DNA of 35,705 bases from Candidatus Woesearchaeota archaeon (GCA_016185955.1 JACPMQ010000032.1:1-35705); one strand, 5' to 3'. Shown: positions 25,233 to 33,403, counted from the first letter of the stretch. Notes: generated by a model from the sequence alone, not told the origin. Numbers and translations: made by a program.

Positions 25233-25994
25233 ATGAGGGAGATAGTTGATTTCAAAGATAAAGTGCAGCGCTACTTTAAATTTACTCCTTTAGAAGTAAA
25301 GAACCTTATAATTGCAGTTTCGGCAATAGCTTTTATAATCTCTTTTAGGGAATGGGGATACGGCAGAGAATTTAGCTTTAGGATAGGGCTTTTTAATTTT
25401 TTTAATGCGATTTTAATTGTTGCGTTATCTTTCTTATTCCACATATCGATGCAAAGAATATGGTCATTAGCTACTGGCTATAGGTTGGAATGGAAAATGT
25501 GGGGCTTAGGATTATTATTTGGGATAATAATGGCATTTCTGACAAATGGTGTTTTTTGGCTCATATTGCCCGGAGGCTTTATAGTGCACCATATGGCAGG
25601 CCATAGGCTTGGCTGGTTTAGATACGACATAAATTATTGGGCTTTGGGGGTTATTGCAGTAACAGGAACTTTTGCTACCGTAACTCTTGCAGCAATATTC
25701 AAAGCATTAAGCGGCTTTTTTACCAGTTCTATAATCCAGAAAGTCATAATTTTTAATTTAGTTTATGCTTTTTATAGCTTAATTCCCATCTCGCCTTTAG
25801 ACGGCAGCAGAACCTTTTATGGCAGCAGAATGCTTTATGCATTCTCAACATCAGCTATTTTGGCTGCAATAGTATTGTTAAACCCTAAATTAAATATTAG
25901 CGTGGGGTTTTCCCTGCTCTCTTCACTTTTAATTGCAATAATATCGTGGGTTATGTACTACATATTTTTTGAGCACAAGGCTTGGGCCCCATAA
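25233..25994 (+). CDS. M50 (site-2 protease)-like polytopic membrane protein lacking HExxH
   Basis: LIPISPLDGSRTF matches the NxxPxxPLDG motif of M50 peptidases. The position where HExxH is expected reads FHISMQRIW. Confidence 0.55.
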   Translation: MREIVDFKDKVQRYFKFTPLEVKNLIIAVSAIAFIISFREWGYGREFSFRIGLFNFFNAILIVALSFLFHISMQRIWSLATGYRLEWKMWGLGLLFGIIMAFLTNGVFWLILPGGFIVHHMAGHRLGWFRYDINYWALGVIAVTGTFATVTLAAIFKALSGFFTSSIIQKVIIFNLVYAFYSLIPISPLDGSRTFYGSRMLYAFSTSAILAAIVLLNPKLNISVGFSLLSSLLIAIISWVMYYIFFEHKAWAP

Positions 25995-26003
25995 AAACGA
26001 TTT

Positions 26004-26033
26004 TTCCACTGTTCATAGAACGGCGGAATTTTT
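26004..26033 (+). terminator. hairpin plus T-run downstream of the M50-like gene
   Basis: ttccactgttc-ata-gaacggcggaa followed by ttttt, starting 10 nt after the stop at 25994. One mismatch and one G-U in the stem. Confidence 0.5.
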
Positions 26034-26050
26034 AAAAGACAAAAATAAAA

Positions 26051-26383
26051 ATGGCAGATTTTTTTTATAAGAGCTGGGCAGAATTCTTTTTTTTTGTAGT
26101 TATGATTTTAGGATTTGTTTTTGCTTTATGGGCTACAAGCCATAGCCCATTTATCAGCTATATTGTTGTTTTTTTAAGCGGCATGATAGGAGGCAGACTG
26201 CTTTACTACAGAAAAAAAAATCTTATGTTTCCTTATTACATAATCCTTGCCGGATTTTTAATTGGGTATTTGTTTGGAACATATTACGGCAACAAGAAAG
26301 TTGTAATATTACTTTTTGTTTTGGGAATCTTGTTAAACTATCATCTTCACAATAAAGGATATATAAGGGATATAGCGTTTTAA
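26051..26383 (+). CDS. small membrane protein (3-4 TM), unknown function
   Basis: 110-aa hydrophobic ORF followed 4 nt later by the terminator-like hairpin 26387-26421. Confidence 0.5.
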   Translation: MADFFYKSWAEFFFFVVMILGFVFALWATSHSPFISYIVVFLSGMIGGRLLYYRKKNLMFPYYIILAGFLIGYLFGTYYGNKKVVILLFVLGILLNYHLHNKGYIRDIAF

Positions 26384-26386
26384 TAC

Positions 26387-26421
26387 AAAAATTCCGCCAA
26401 TCCAAGGTTGGTGGAATTTTT
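26387..26421. terminator. A-run/hairpin/T-run palindrome (bidirectional terminator-like)
   Basis: aaaaattccgccaa-tccaagg-ttggtggaattttt, 4 nt after the stop of 26051-26383. Confidence 0.55.
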
Positions 26422-26424
26422 GAT

Positions 26425-26626
26425 TACATTCCTCTCAACCTCGCAATGCTGCGGCATTGCTCGGGTCATTTATCACACTCCTTTGGAGATTTCTGAATTG
26501 GCAAATTTCAGCGGAGAACACAAATAATTTATTGAAGTAGTTTGTGTTCTCTAGCATAGTGGCGCAATAATTATTGTTCCATTATTTAGTTGCGCCACTA
26601 TACGCACAAGCACTGAATTTCGCACC
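26425..26626. repeat. palindromic repeat element, copy B (inverted orientation relative to copy A, with ~95-nt insertion)
   Basis: The reverse complement of 26425-26500 aligns with 12992-13076, including a 38-nt identical core (gagcaatgccgcagcattgcgaggttgagaggaatgta). 26601-26624 matches the left arm of copy A. 26511-26600 is extra sequence made of two hairpins (26514-26551 and 26557-26600). Confidence 0.8.
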
Positions 26627-26640
26627 GACCCCATTTTACA

Positions 26641-26655
26641 CGAAAATATATAAAC
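26641..26655 (+). promoter_or_regulatory. BRE/TATA promoter of hef (cgaaaatatataaac)
   Basis: TATA centre is about 27 nt upstream of ATG 26677, which implies a leaderless mRNA. Confidence 0.6.
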
Positions 26656-26676
26656 AAAAACACATTCTTTAGTCGT

Positions 26677-28896
26677 ATGGTCAATATCAAAAACTTTACG
26701 CCAAGGCTTTATCAGGAAACTATAATGGCTACATGTGTAAAGAGCAATTGTTTAGTTATACTTCCAACTGGTTTGGGAAAAACAAAAACAGCAATACTCG
26801 CATCTGCCCAAAGATTAAATTCTTATCCCAACTCAAAAATACTTTTTTTGACAGTAACAAAGCCGCTTGCAGAGCAAATATACAGTGAGATCAAGGACTG
26901 CCTTGATTTAGAAGAAAATAAAATAACGCTTTTTACTGGTGCTGTTGCGCCGGAAAAAAGGCAGGAATTATGGAAAAATTCTGTTGTGACAGTAAGCACT
27001 CCTCAATGCATAGAAAATGATTTCATTAATGGAAGGGCTGATTTGGAAAATGTTTCTTTGCTTGTAGCAGATGAAGCTCATAATGCGGTAAAAGATTACT
27101 CGTACACATGGGTTGCAAAGCAATATCATAAGAAATCAAGATTTCCAAGAATCATAGGGCTTACAGCATCTCCAGGCTCTGATATTGAGAGAATACAGGA
27201 AGTATGCAAAAACCTGTATATAGAGGAAATTGAGATAAGAACAGACAAGGATCCGGATGTAAAGCCTTACATATATGACATTAAGGTTGAATGGGTTGAA
27301 GTTCATCTGCCCCAGATATTTTTAGACGCAAGAAAATATTTGCAGGACTTCTTAAATGAGAAGCTTGAAAAATTAAAGAAATGGGGCATTTTAAAAAGGG
27401 CAGACTTGAGGTTTGTAAATAAAACTGACTTGCTTAACCTGCAAGCGCAATTGAGGGGAAGAGTCTCCACAGGAGAAAAGGATTTTGTAGTATGGAATGC
27501 AATTTCTGTATTAGCTGAAATAATGAAAGTCAGCCATGCCCTTGAGCTGCTTGAAACACAGGGAGTTATATCCTTATTTAATTATATGGAGAAACTAAAC
27601 AGAGAAGCGCATTCTACAAAGGTAAAGGCAGTCAAGAATGTTGTTAATGACCTAAATTTCCGCTCTGCATTAGTTAAGGTATCCAAGCTGTATGAAGAGA
27701 AAATAGAGCATCCAAAGCTTATAGAGCTGCAAAAAATTGTTGAAAAAGAAATGAAGGAAGCAAATAAGAAAATAATAGTTTTTAACCAATACAGGGATAA
27801 CGCCTCTGATATAAAGGAAAAGCTGAATAAGCTCCATGGAGTTAAAGCGCAATTGTTTGTCGGGCAGCTTAAGAAAAATGACACGGGCTTAAGCCAGAAA
27901 GAGCAAAAAAAAGTTCTTGACGACTTTAAGGGAGGAATATTTAATGTGCTGGTTGCGACATCAATAGCAGAGCAAGGCTTGGATATTCCGGAAGTTGACA
28001 CTGTCATTTTTTATGAGCCAATACCCTCTGCAATAAGGCAGATACAAAGAAGAGGAAGAACCGGCAGGCATGGAGAAGGAAAAGCCATTGTCCTGCTTAC
28101 CAAAGGAACAATGGACGAGGGCTTCAGATGGGCAGCGCACCACAAAGAAAAAAGAATGTACAGGAACCTTGAAAATTTAAAAAGGAAGCTTGCCTTTGTT
28201 GTAAGCGCAAAGCAAGAAAAGATTGCAAATTATAATAATGAAAGCAAAGTAAAGGTTTTTGCCGATTACAGGGAAAAAGGCTCTGCAGCCATAAAAGAGC
28301 TTATCGAGATGGAAGTTGAGCTAAAGCTTGATACGCTGCCAAATGCGGATTATATCTTGAGCTCAAGAGTCGGAGTTGAGCTGAAAACAGTTGAAGATTT
28401 TGTGCAAAGCATCATTGACGGCAGATTATTGGAGCAGATAAGGAACCTTAAAAATAATTTTGAGAAGCCCCTGCTTATAATAGAGGGCATAGAAGACATA
28501 TATTCTGTGAGAAATGTGCATGCAAATGCAATTAGGGGCATGTTGGCTGCGATAACTGTCGGCTATGGCGTTCCGATTTTATACACAAAAAATTTTAGGG
28601 ACACAGCAACCCTTATAAAGATTATAGCAAAAAGGGAGCAAGAGGAAACAAGCAAAGATTTTTTACTGCATCCGCAAAAAAAAGCGTTAAGCCTTAACGA
28701 GCAGCAGGAATATATAATAAGCTCGCTGCCTGGCATTGGAGCTGCACTGTCTAAGCCGCTGCTGAAGCAATTTAAAAGCGTCAAGAATGTAATAAATGCC
28801 GAGCGCAAAGAGCTTGAAAATGTCGAGGGCATAGGCAAAAAAACAGCAAAAAAAATAAAAGATGTTGTTGAGAGGCAGTACCAGACATTAGAGTGA
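26677..28896 (+). CDS. hef: Hef/XPF-family helicase-nuclease (SF2 helicase + ERCC4 nuclease + (HhH)2)
   Basis: Helicase motifs PTGLGKT, DEAH, TASPG and QRRGRTGR. ERCC4 region ADYRE...ADYILSS..VELK..EDF..IIDGRL. C-terminal LPGIGAALS and VEGIGKKTA hairpins. Consensus BRE/TATA at 26641-26655 gives a leaderless ATG. Confidence 0.9.
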   Translation: MVNIKNFTPRLYQETIMATCVKSNCLVILPTGLGKTKTAILASAQRLNSYPNSKILFLTVTKPLAEQIYSEIKDCLDLEENKITLFTGAVAPEKRQELWKNSVVTVSTPQCIENDFINGRADLENVSLLVADEAHNAVKDYSYTWVAKQYHKKSRFPRIIGLTASPGSDIERIQEVCKNLYIEEIEIRTDKDPDVKPYIYDIKVEWVEVHLPQIFLDARKYLQDFLNEKLEKLKKWGILKRADLRFVNKTDLLNLQAQLRGRVSTGEKDFVVWNAISVLAEIMKVSHALELLETQGVISLFNYMEKLNREAHSTKVKAVKNVVNDLNFRSALVKVSKLYEEKIEHPKLIELQKIVEKEMKEANKKIIVFNQYRDNASDIKEKLNKLHGVKAQLFVGQLKKNDTGLSQKEQKKVLDDFKGGIFNVLVATSIAEQGLDIPEVDTVIFYEPIPSAIRQIQRRGRTGRHGEGKAIVLLTKGTMDEGFRWAAHHKEKRMYRNLENLKRKLAFVVSAKQEKIANYNNESKVKVFADYREKGSAAIKELIEMEVELKLDTLPNADYILSSRVGVELKTVEDFVQSIIDGRLLEQIRNLKNNFEKPLLIIEGIEDIYSVRNVHANAIRGMLAAITVGYGVPILYTKNFRDTATLIKIIAKREQEETSKDFLLHPQKKALSLNEQQEYIISSLPGIGAALSKPLLKQFKSVKNVINAERKELENVEGIGKKTAKKIKDVVERQYQTLE

Positions 28897-28900
28897 AATA

Positions 28901-29043
28901 ATCAGTACCTATGCAGGTAAATCAAATTAAGCCAAAGCGGTGGCGTATGCCTCCGAAAATTCCGCTGTTCGCAACAGCGGAATTTTTACGAGCCACCGCT
29001 TTGGTTTTTGTATCAAAAAAAAGGTGCTTACATAGATACTGAT
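28901..29043. repeat. triple-nested palindrome (contains ccaaagcggtggc repeat family)
   Basis: Outer inverted repeat 28901-28913 / 29031-29043 (12 of 13). Middle 28932-28944 / 28992-29004 (13 of 13). Inner 28956-28969 / 28973-28986 (14 of 14). Confidence 0.8.
28956..28986. terminator. A-run/hairpin/T-run palindrome (innermost part of the nested palindrome)
   Basis: aaaattccgctgtt-cgc-aacagcggaatttt, a perfect 14-bp stem 60 nt after the Hef stop. Confidence 0.5.
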
Positions 29044-29062
29044 AATAGAGCAAGATAATAAA

Positions 29063-29806
29063 ATGATAAAAGTAGCCGCTGCGCAAATTAAGATAAATAA
29101 AAATGCAGAAGAAAATCTTAATAAAATAATTCAATATATAAAAAAGGCATCATTTAAAAAAGCGGATATTATCTGCTTTCCAGAAGCTTCATTAATGCAC
29201 AGCAAAAACAAAAACACAATAAATAAAATACCTTTTAAAAAATATCTGGAAAAAATAAAAATATCGTGCAGAGAAAATAAAATACACTGCATTTTTGGAA
29301 CTAACTTTCTGAATAAGAATAAAAAGAATAAAATTACCAATTCTGCATTTTTTATCGATGATGAAGGCAAAGTGTTATATAAGTATGACAAAATAAACCT
29401 GTTCAGAAAAGAGAAGAAAACAATTAATTCAGGAATTTCAAATAAAGCCATAGAGACAAAATTTGGAAAAATCGGATTGATTATATGCTGGGATATTGCC
29501 CATCCGGAATTTGTAAAAAAAATAAGCAAAAAGGGCGCGTGGATTATTTTTTGCCCTTCATACATCAAAAATTATGGAAGAGAGCTTGAAAGCTATCTGC
29601 AAATTCCTTATGTAAGGGCTTTTGAGAATTCCTGCTATTTTGTTTCATGCGATTCAGCAAATGAGGAATGCGCGCAGTATTCTGTTATATGCAGCCCATC
29701 TAAAATTCATTCAAAAATAAAAGGAAGGGAAGGAATTATTTTTGCAAATTTGGACAAAAGAAAAATTGTTGGATTAAGGAAATTCTATAAGCTTATTGCA
29801 TACTAG
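29063..29806 (+). CDS. carbon-nitrogen hydrolase (nitrilase superfamily)
   Basis: Glu-Lys-Cys triad contexts: CFPEASL, KYDKINLF and LIICWDIAHPE. Confidence 0.85.
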   Translation: MIKVAAAQIKINKNAEENLNKIIQYIKKASFKKADIICFPEASLMHSKNKNTINKIPFKKYLEKIKISCRENKIHCIFGTNFLNKNKKNKITNSAFFIDDEGKVLYKYDKINLFRKEKKTINSGISNKAIETKFGKIGLIICWDIAHPEFVKKISKKGAWIIFCPSYIKNYGRELESYLQIPYVRAFENSCYFVSCDSANEECAQYSVICSPSKIHSKIKGREGIIFANLDKRKIVGLRKFYKLIAY

Positions 29807-29822
29807 CTGTATACCCACTAAA

Positions 29823-31373
29823 CTATTGGCTATAAGGCTTCCCGCCTAAAATCTGCCCTCTGGAAGAATAATAATATTTGTAGTCGTATACAAATTTTTC
29901 AATGGAAAATTTAACTCTCACTAAATCCAATCTTTTGATATATGAAAATAACTGGACTGTAAGCCCCATTCTGTTCAATAGCAGCCTGAAAAATTTTAAT
30001 CCATGCTTTATTAAAGGCGCAAACACAGATTCCCGAACAGATTTTTTTAAGAGAAATTCCTTGAATTTTCTTGGGATATATGGTTTTTCCACAACAGAAT
30101 ACATAAGATTCAGGTAGTTATTTTCCATGCCGCTGTAATGCTTTGACAGCACATCATAATCTTTTGATATTTTGCCGTCTTCTAACGCTTGCTTATGAAT
30201 GTCTGTGTTTGGAAAAAATGCCAGCGAAAATACGGACAAAGAATATGGATGTGGTATGTCCATTGCCAAAATTAATGTAGCCAATTTGTCCTCATCTGTT
30301 TCCCAAGGATTGTCTGTTATAATATCATAACTGGCTCTCACTCTGTCTTTAAACTTATTAATTATTTTGCATGCCTCAAGTATTCTCCAGTTGGGATAAT
30401 TTCGCTGGTACAACTTTTGAATTTTAGATGATCCTGATTGTATTCCCATTCTTAGCCTATACATTCCTGCTTCGACCATAGGCTTTAATTTCTCTTCTCT
30501 GATAACCATTGGCTGGCCGCCGGTAACATAAATTGGCAAGCCCATAACCTTAACATAGCCATCTCTAAATTCCTCAAGCTCTTCCTTGCTGTAAAAGAAA
30601 AAAGTGTCATCATCAATTCTAAGCTCGCGGAAAAAAGGAAATTTTTTGTAAATTTCCTGAAGTTCGCTAAGCACATTTTTAATTGGCCTCATCCTATGCT
30701 GATACTTAAATTGCTTGTTGATTATGTTATGGATGCAAAAAGAGCAGGTAAAGGGGCATCCAAAAGCCATTTGTGTTGCATAAACCTCGCCATAAAAGCA
30801 TCTAAAAAGCCGGTAAGTCATTGGGATTATCTTGCCCTTAAATAAGATGTAATGGTCTTCCAAGTCATAATCCGGAGTTCCTATAAGCTCGATTTTTTCA
30901 AATTTTCCGCTTTGGTTTCTGAAAATTTTTCCATTTTGCTTATAAACAAGATTTATAATTCCGGAATAATCCTTAATTCCTTTAACAACTCTTGTCAGAA
31001 GCTCTAATAAAGTATCATCTCCCTCGCCAATGCAAATAAAATCCATCTCTTCCAGGCATTGTTCAGGATTTGTAGTTGGGTGAGGTCCTCCACCTATAAC
31101 CAAAGTTTCAGGAGACGATTCTCTTAATGCTTTGATAATCTGCTTGGAATTATACCAGTAATTGCTCATGAAGGATATGCCTACAAGCTTGCTGCCCTTG
31201 CATAAATCAACCATTTGCTCCAATACTTTAGCGCCATACCTATTGGCAAATGGCTGCGGCAAAAAAATTATTTTGACTTTATACCCAAACTTTTTTAGGT
31301 AAGCAGACACTCTCCTTATGTTATAGCAGTGTATATCAGATGCAGTTGAAATAAAAACCATGTCAGCTTCCAT
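29823..31373 (-). CDS. B12-binding domain radical SAM protein (class B), substrate unknown
   Basis: N-terminal Rossmann-like B12-binding region followed by GCPFTCSFC (CxxxCxxC). Confidence 0.85.
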   Translation of the reverse strand: MEADMVFISTASDIHCYNIRRVSAYLKKFGYKVKIIFLPQPFANRYGAKVLEQMVDLCKGSKLVGISFMSNYWYNSKQIIKALRESSPETLVIGGGPHPTTNPEQCLEEMDFICIGEGDDTLLELLTRVVKGIKDYSGIINLVYKQNGKIFRNQSGKFEKIELIGTPDYDLEDHYILFKGKIIPMTYRLFRCFYGEVYATQMAFGCPFTCSFCIHNIINKQFKYQHRMRPIKNVLSELQEIYKKFPFFRELRIDDDTFFFYSKEELEEFRDGYVKVMGLPIYVTGGQPMVIREEKLKPMVEAGMYRLRMGIQSGSSKIQKLYQRNYPNWRILEACKIINKFKDRVRASYDIITDNPWETDEDKLATLILAMDIPHPYSLSVFSLAFFPNTDIHKQALEDGKISKDYDVLSKHYSGMENNYLNLMYSVVEKPYIPRKFKEFLLKKSVRESVFAPLIKHGLKFFRLLLNRMGLTVQLFSYIKRLDLVRVKFSIEKFVYDYKYYYSSRGQILGGKPYSQ

Positions 31374-31404
31374 TTTTGGCTCTCAACTGGTTTAACTATC
31401 AATA

Positions 31405-31758
31405 CTATTTAAATTTAATTGAATGAAGGGCTTCTACCTGCCTTAATTTTGTATTTTTGAATAAAAATTCCCTTAAATTGTTGTTAATTTTTACTCCAAG
31501 ATTTTGCAGGCTTGAGTTTAATTTTCCGTATATTTCTTTTCCTTTTTTGTCCGAATCAGTAAGGATAATGCATTCCTTATTGGATTTTGCTATTTCTTCA
31601 ACAATCTGGAATAGCGGCTTTTTGCTTAATTCAATAATATTGCTGATTCCTAAATTATTTAGTGCTTTTTTGTCTTTCTTGCCTTCTACTATTACGACTG
31701 CCTTGGATTGTTTTATTTTTTCTATAATATCCAAAAATTCCTTCTCTAAAGGCCCCAT
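31405..31758 (-). CDS. small stand-alone Toprim domain protein (COG1658-like)
   Basis: VVIVEGKKDKKAL (Toprim Glu) and IILTDSDKKGKE (DxD). Confidence 0.8.
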   Translation of the reverse strand: MGPLEKEFLDIIEKIKQSKAVVIVEGKKDKKALNNLGISNIIELSKKPLFQIVEEIAKSNKECIILTDSDKKGKEIYGKLNSSLQNLGVKINNNLREFLFKNTKLRQVEALHSIKFK

Positions 31759-31871
31759 TTCGAATATGGCTTAGGGGAGAGTAATATAAAAAACTTTGCT
31801 CCATGCTAAAGCAATAAAATTTTACAGTCGGGATTTTTGTTTTTAAAGCAACTTTAATATATTATAACGAC

Positions 31872-33212
31872 ATGCTACATAGCATGTTGCCGCTAAATGT
31901 AACCTTAAGCTACTATAAAAGAAAAGATATTCAAGAAGAAATTATTATGGCTGCTGCCAACAAGGAAGTTGCTGTTAGATATGATGATAAATTTGGCAAT
32001 AGGCCTGATGTGCTTAAAAATCCAAATGATATTTTAGAGCTGGCAAAGCAGAAAGCTACTTCTTTTCATTGCTCTGAAGAGCTTTGGAGCAACCCTTTGC
32101 AATTAAATCCCAATATGAAAAAAAATGAATTAGACTCATTAAGGATAGGATGGGATTTGGTGCTTGACATTGATTGTAGTTTTTTTGAATATTCAAAGAT
32201 TGCGGCTGATCTTGTGGTTAAAGCGCTTAAGTTTTGTGAAATAAATGGAATCTCATGCAAATTTTCCGGCAATAGAGGCTTTCATATAGGCGTTCCATTT
32301 GAGTCTTTTCCAGAAATGATTGGCAATGAAAAAACAAGGGATATGTTTCCTAATGCTGCAAGAAAAATAGCTTGCTACATAAAAGAACTGATAAAAAAGC
32401 CTCTTGGAGATAAAATAATGCAGCTTGAGAAAAACAATTTTTCCAGAGTAATGGAAAAAACAAAACAAGACGCTAACAAAATTACTTATTATGAGCAGAA
32501 TGATCTTAATGATAAGGTTGCAAGACTAAATGTCGAGCCTTTCTTGCATATTGACACTCTATTAATATCCTCAAGGCATTTATACAGAATGCCGTATTCG
32601 CTGCATGAGAAATCTGGCTTGGCATCAATTCCAATAAATGCTGCTCAAATTCTGGATTTTAGAAAGGAGGATGCAAACCCAAAAAACCTCAAAATTTCCA
32701 AGTACATGTTTTTGGACAGGGGGAATATCGTTAGGGGAGAAGCCAAAAAGCTGATTATGCAGGCTTTTGATTTTACTTCAAAAATGGAAAAACAAACAGA
32801 ATTCAAGATAAAAAGGGAATATACGCTCAAATCAGCAATTCCAGAAGAATTTTTTCCCCCATGCATAAAGCTGATAAGCAATGGATTATCAGACGGAAGA
32901 AAAAGAGCTTTGTTTATATTAATTAATTTTCTGGCAAGCCTTGGCTGGAAATATGAAGACATAGAAAACTACTTAAAAGAATGGAACAAAAGGAATAAAG
33001 AGCCATTAAGGGAAAATTACCTGCTGGGGCAATTGAGGTATCATAAGTCGCAAAAGAAAAAAATATTGCCGCCAAATTGCAATAGCAACATGCACTATAT
33101 AGGAATAGGGGTGTGCAAGCCCGATAATTTATGCAGCAAAATTAAGAATCCCGTAACATATGCCCTAAGAAAATCGCCATTTTCGCAGAAATATGACAAA
33201 CAGACAAAATAA
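31872..33212 (+). CDS. priS: DNA primase, PriS catalytic domain fused to PriL-CTD-like Fe-S domain
   Basis: AEP motifs GWDLVLDIDC (DxD), FSGNRGFHI and SRHLYRMPYSLHEKSG. The C-terminal part has FPPCIKLI...GRKRALFILINFL plus PPNC, GVC and NLC cysteines like the PriL 4Fe-4S domain. ATG 31884 (MLPLNV) fits the TATA-like box at 31853-31862 better than ATG 31872. Confidence 0.8.
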   Translation: MLHSMLPLNVTLSYYKRKDIQEEIIMAAANKEVAVRYDDKFGNRPDVLKNPNDILELAKQKATSFHCSEELWSNPLQLNPNMKKNELDSLRIGWDLVLDIDCSFFEYSKIAADLVVKALKFCEINGISCKFSGNRGFHIGVPFESFPEMIGNEKTRDMFPNAARKIACYIKELIKKPLGDKIMQLEKNNFSRVMEKTKQDANKITYYEQNDLNDKVARLNVEPFLHIDTLLISSRHLYRMPYSLHEKSGLASIPINAAQILDFRKEDANPKNLKISKYMFLDRGNIVRGEAKKLIMQAFDFTSKMEKQTEFKIKREYTLKSAIPEEFFPPCIKLISNGLSDGRKRALFILINFLASLGWKYEDIENYLKEWNKRNKEPLRENYLLGQLRYHKSQKKKILPPNCNSNMHYIGIGVCKPDNLCSKIKNPVTYALRKSPFSQKYDKQTK

Positions 33213-33228
33213 AAAATTCATAGCAACC

Positions 33229-33238
33229 TTTATAAATA
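33229..33238 (+). promoter_or_regulatory. TATA box (tttataaata) upstream of the ribosomal protein operon
   Basis: Identical to the TATA at 1729-1738. It lies about 165 nt before the L3 ATG, implying a long leader. Confidence 0.45.
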
Positions 33239-33403
33239 CAAAACCATTCCTCGTTTTTTAAAATTAGCCTGAAAAGAAGGACTTTGCAAAAGGAACTTGA
33301 TTCTAAAAAAGGACTTCAATAAAAGGCTTTTTTGCATAGACAGCTGTCTTATTCAGATTTATCTATGCTAATACCTCATGTAAATTTAGAAATAAAATAA
33401 AAA

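Noticed and set aside
28922-29134. 70-aa minus-strand ORF spanning the hef-nitrilase spacer
   Set aside because: It is composed of the nested palindrome and the antisense of the nitrilase start. It has no promoter or SD context, and its low-complexity Phe/Ile/Tyr-rich translation is typical of AT-rich antisense frames.
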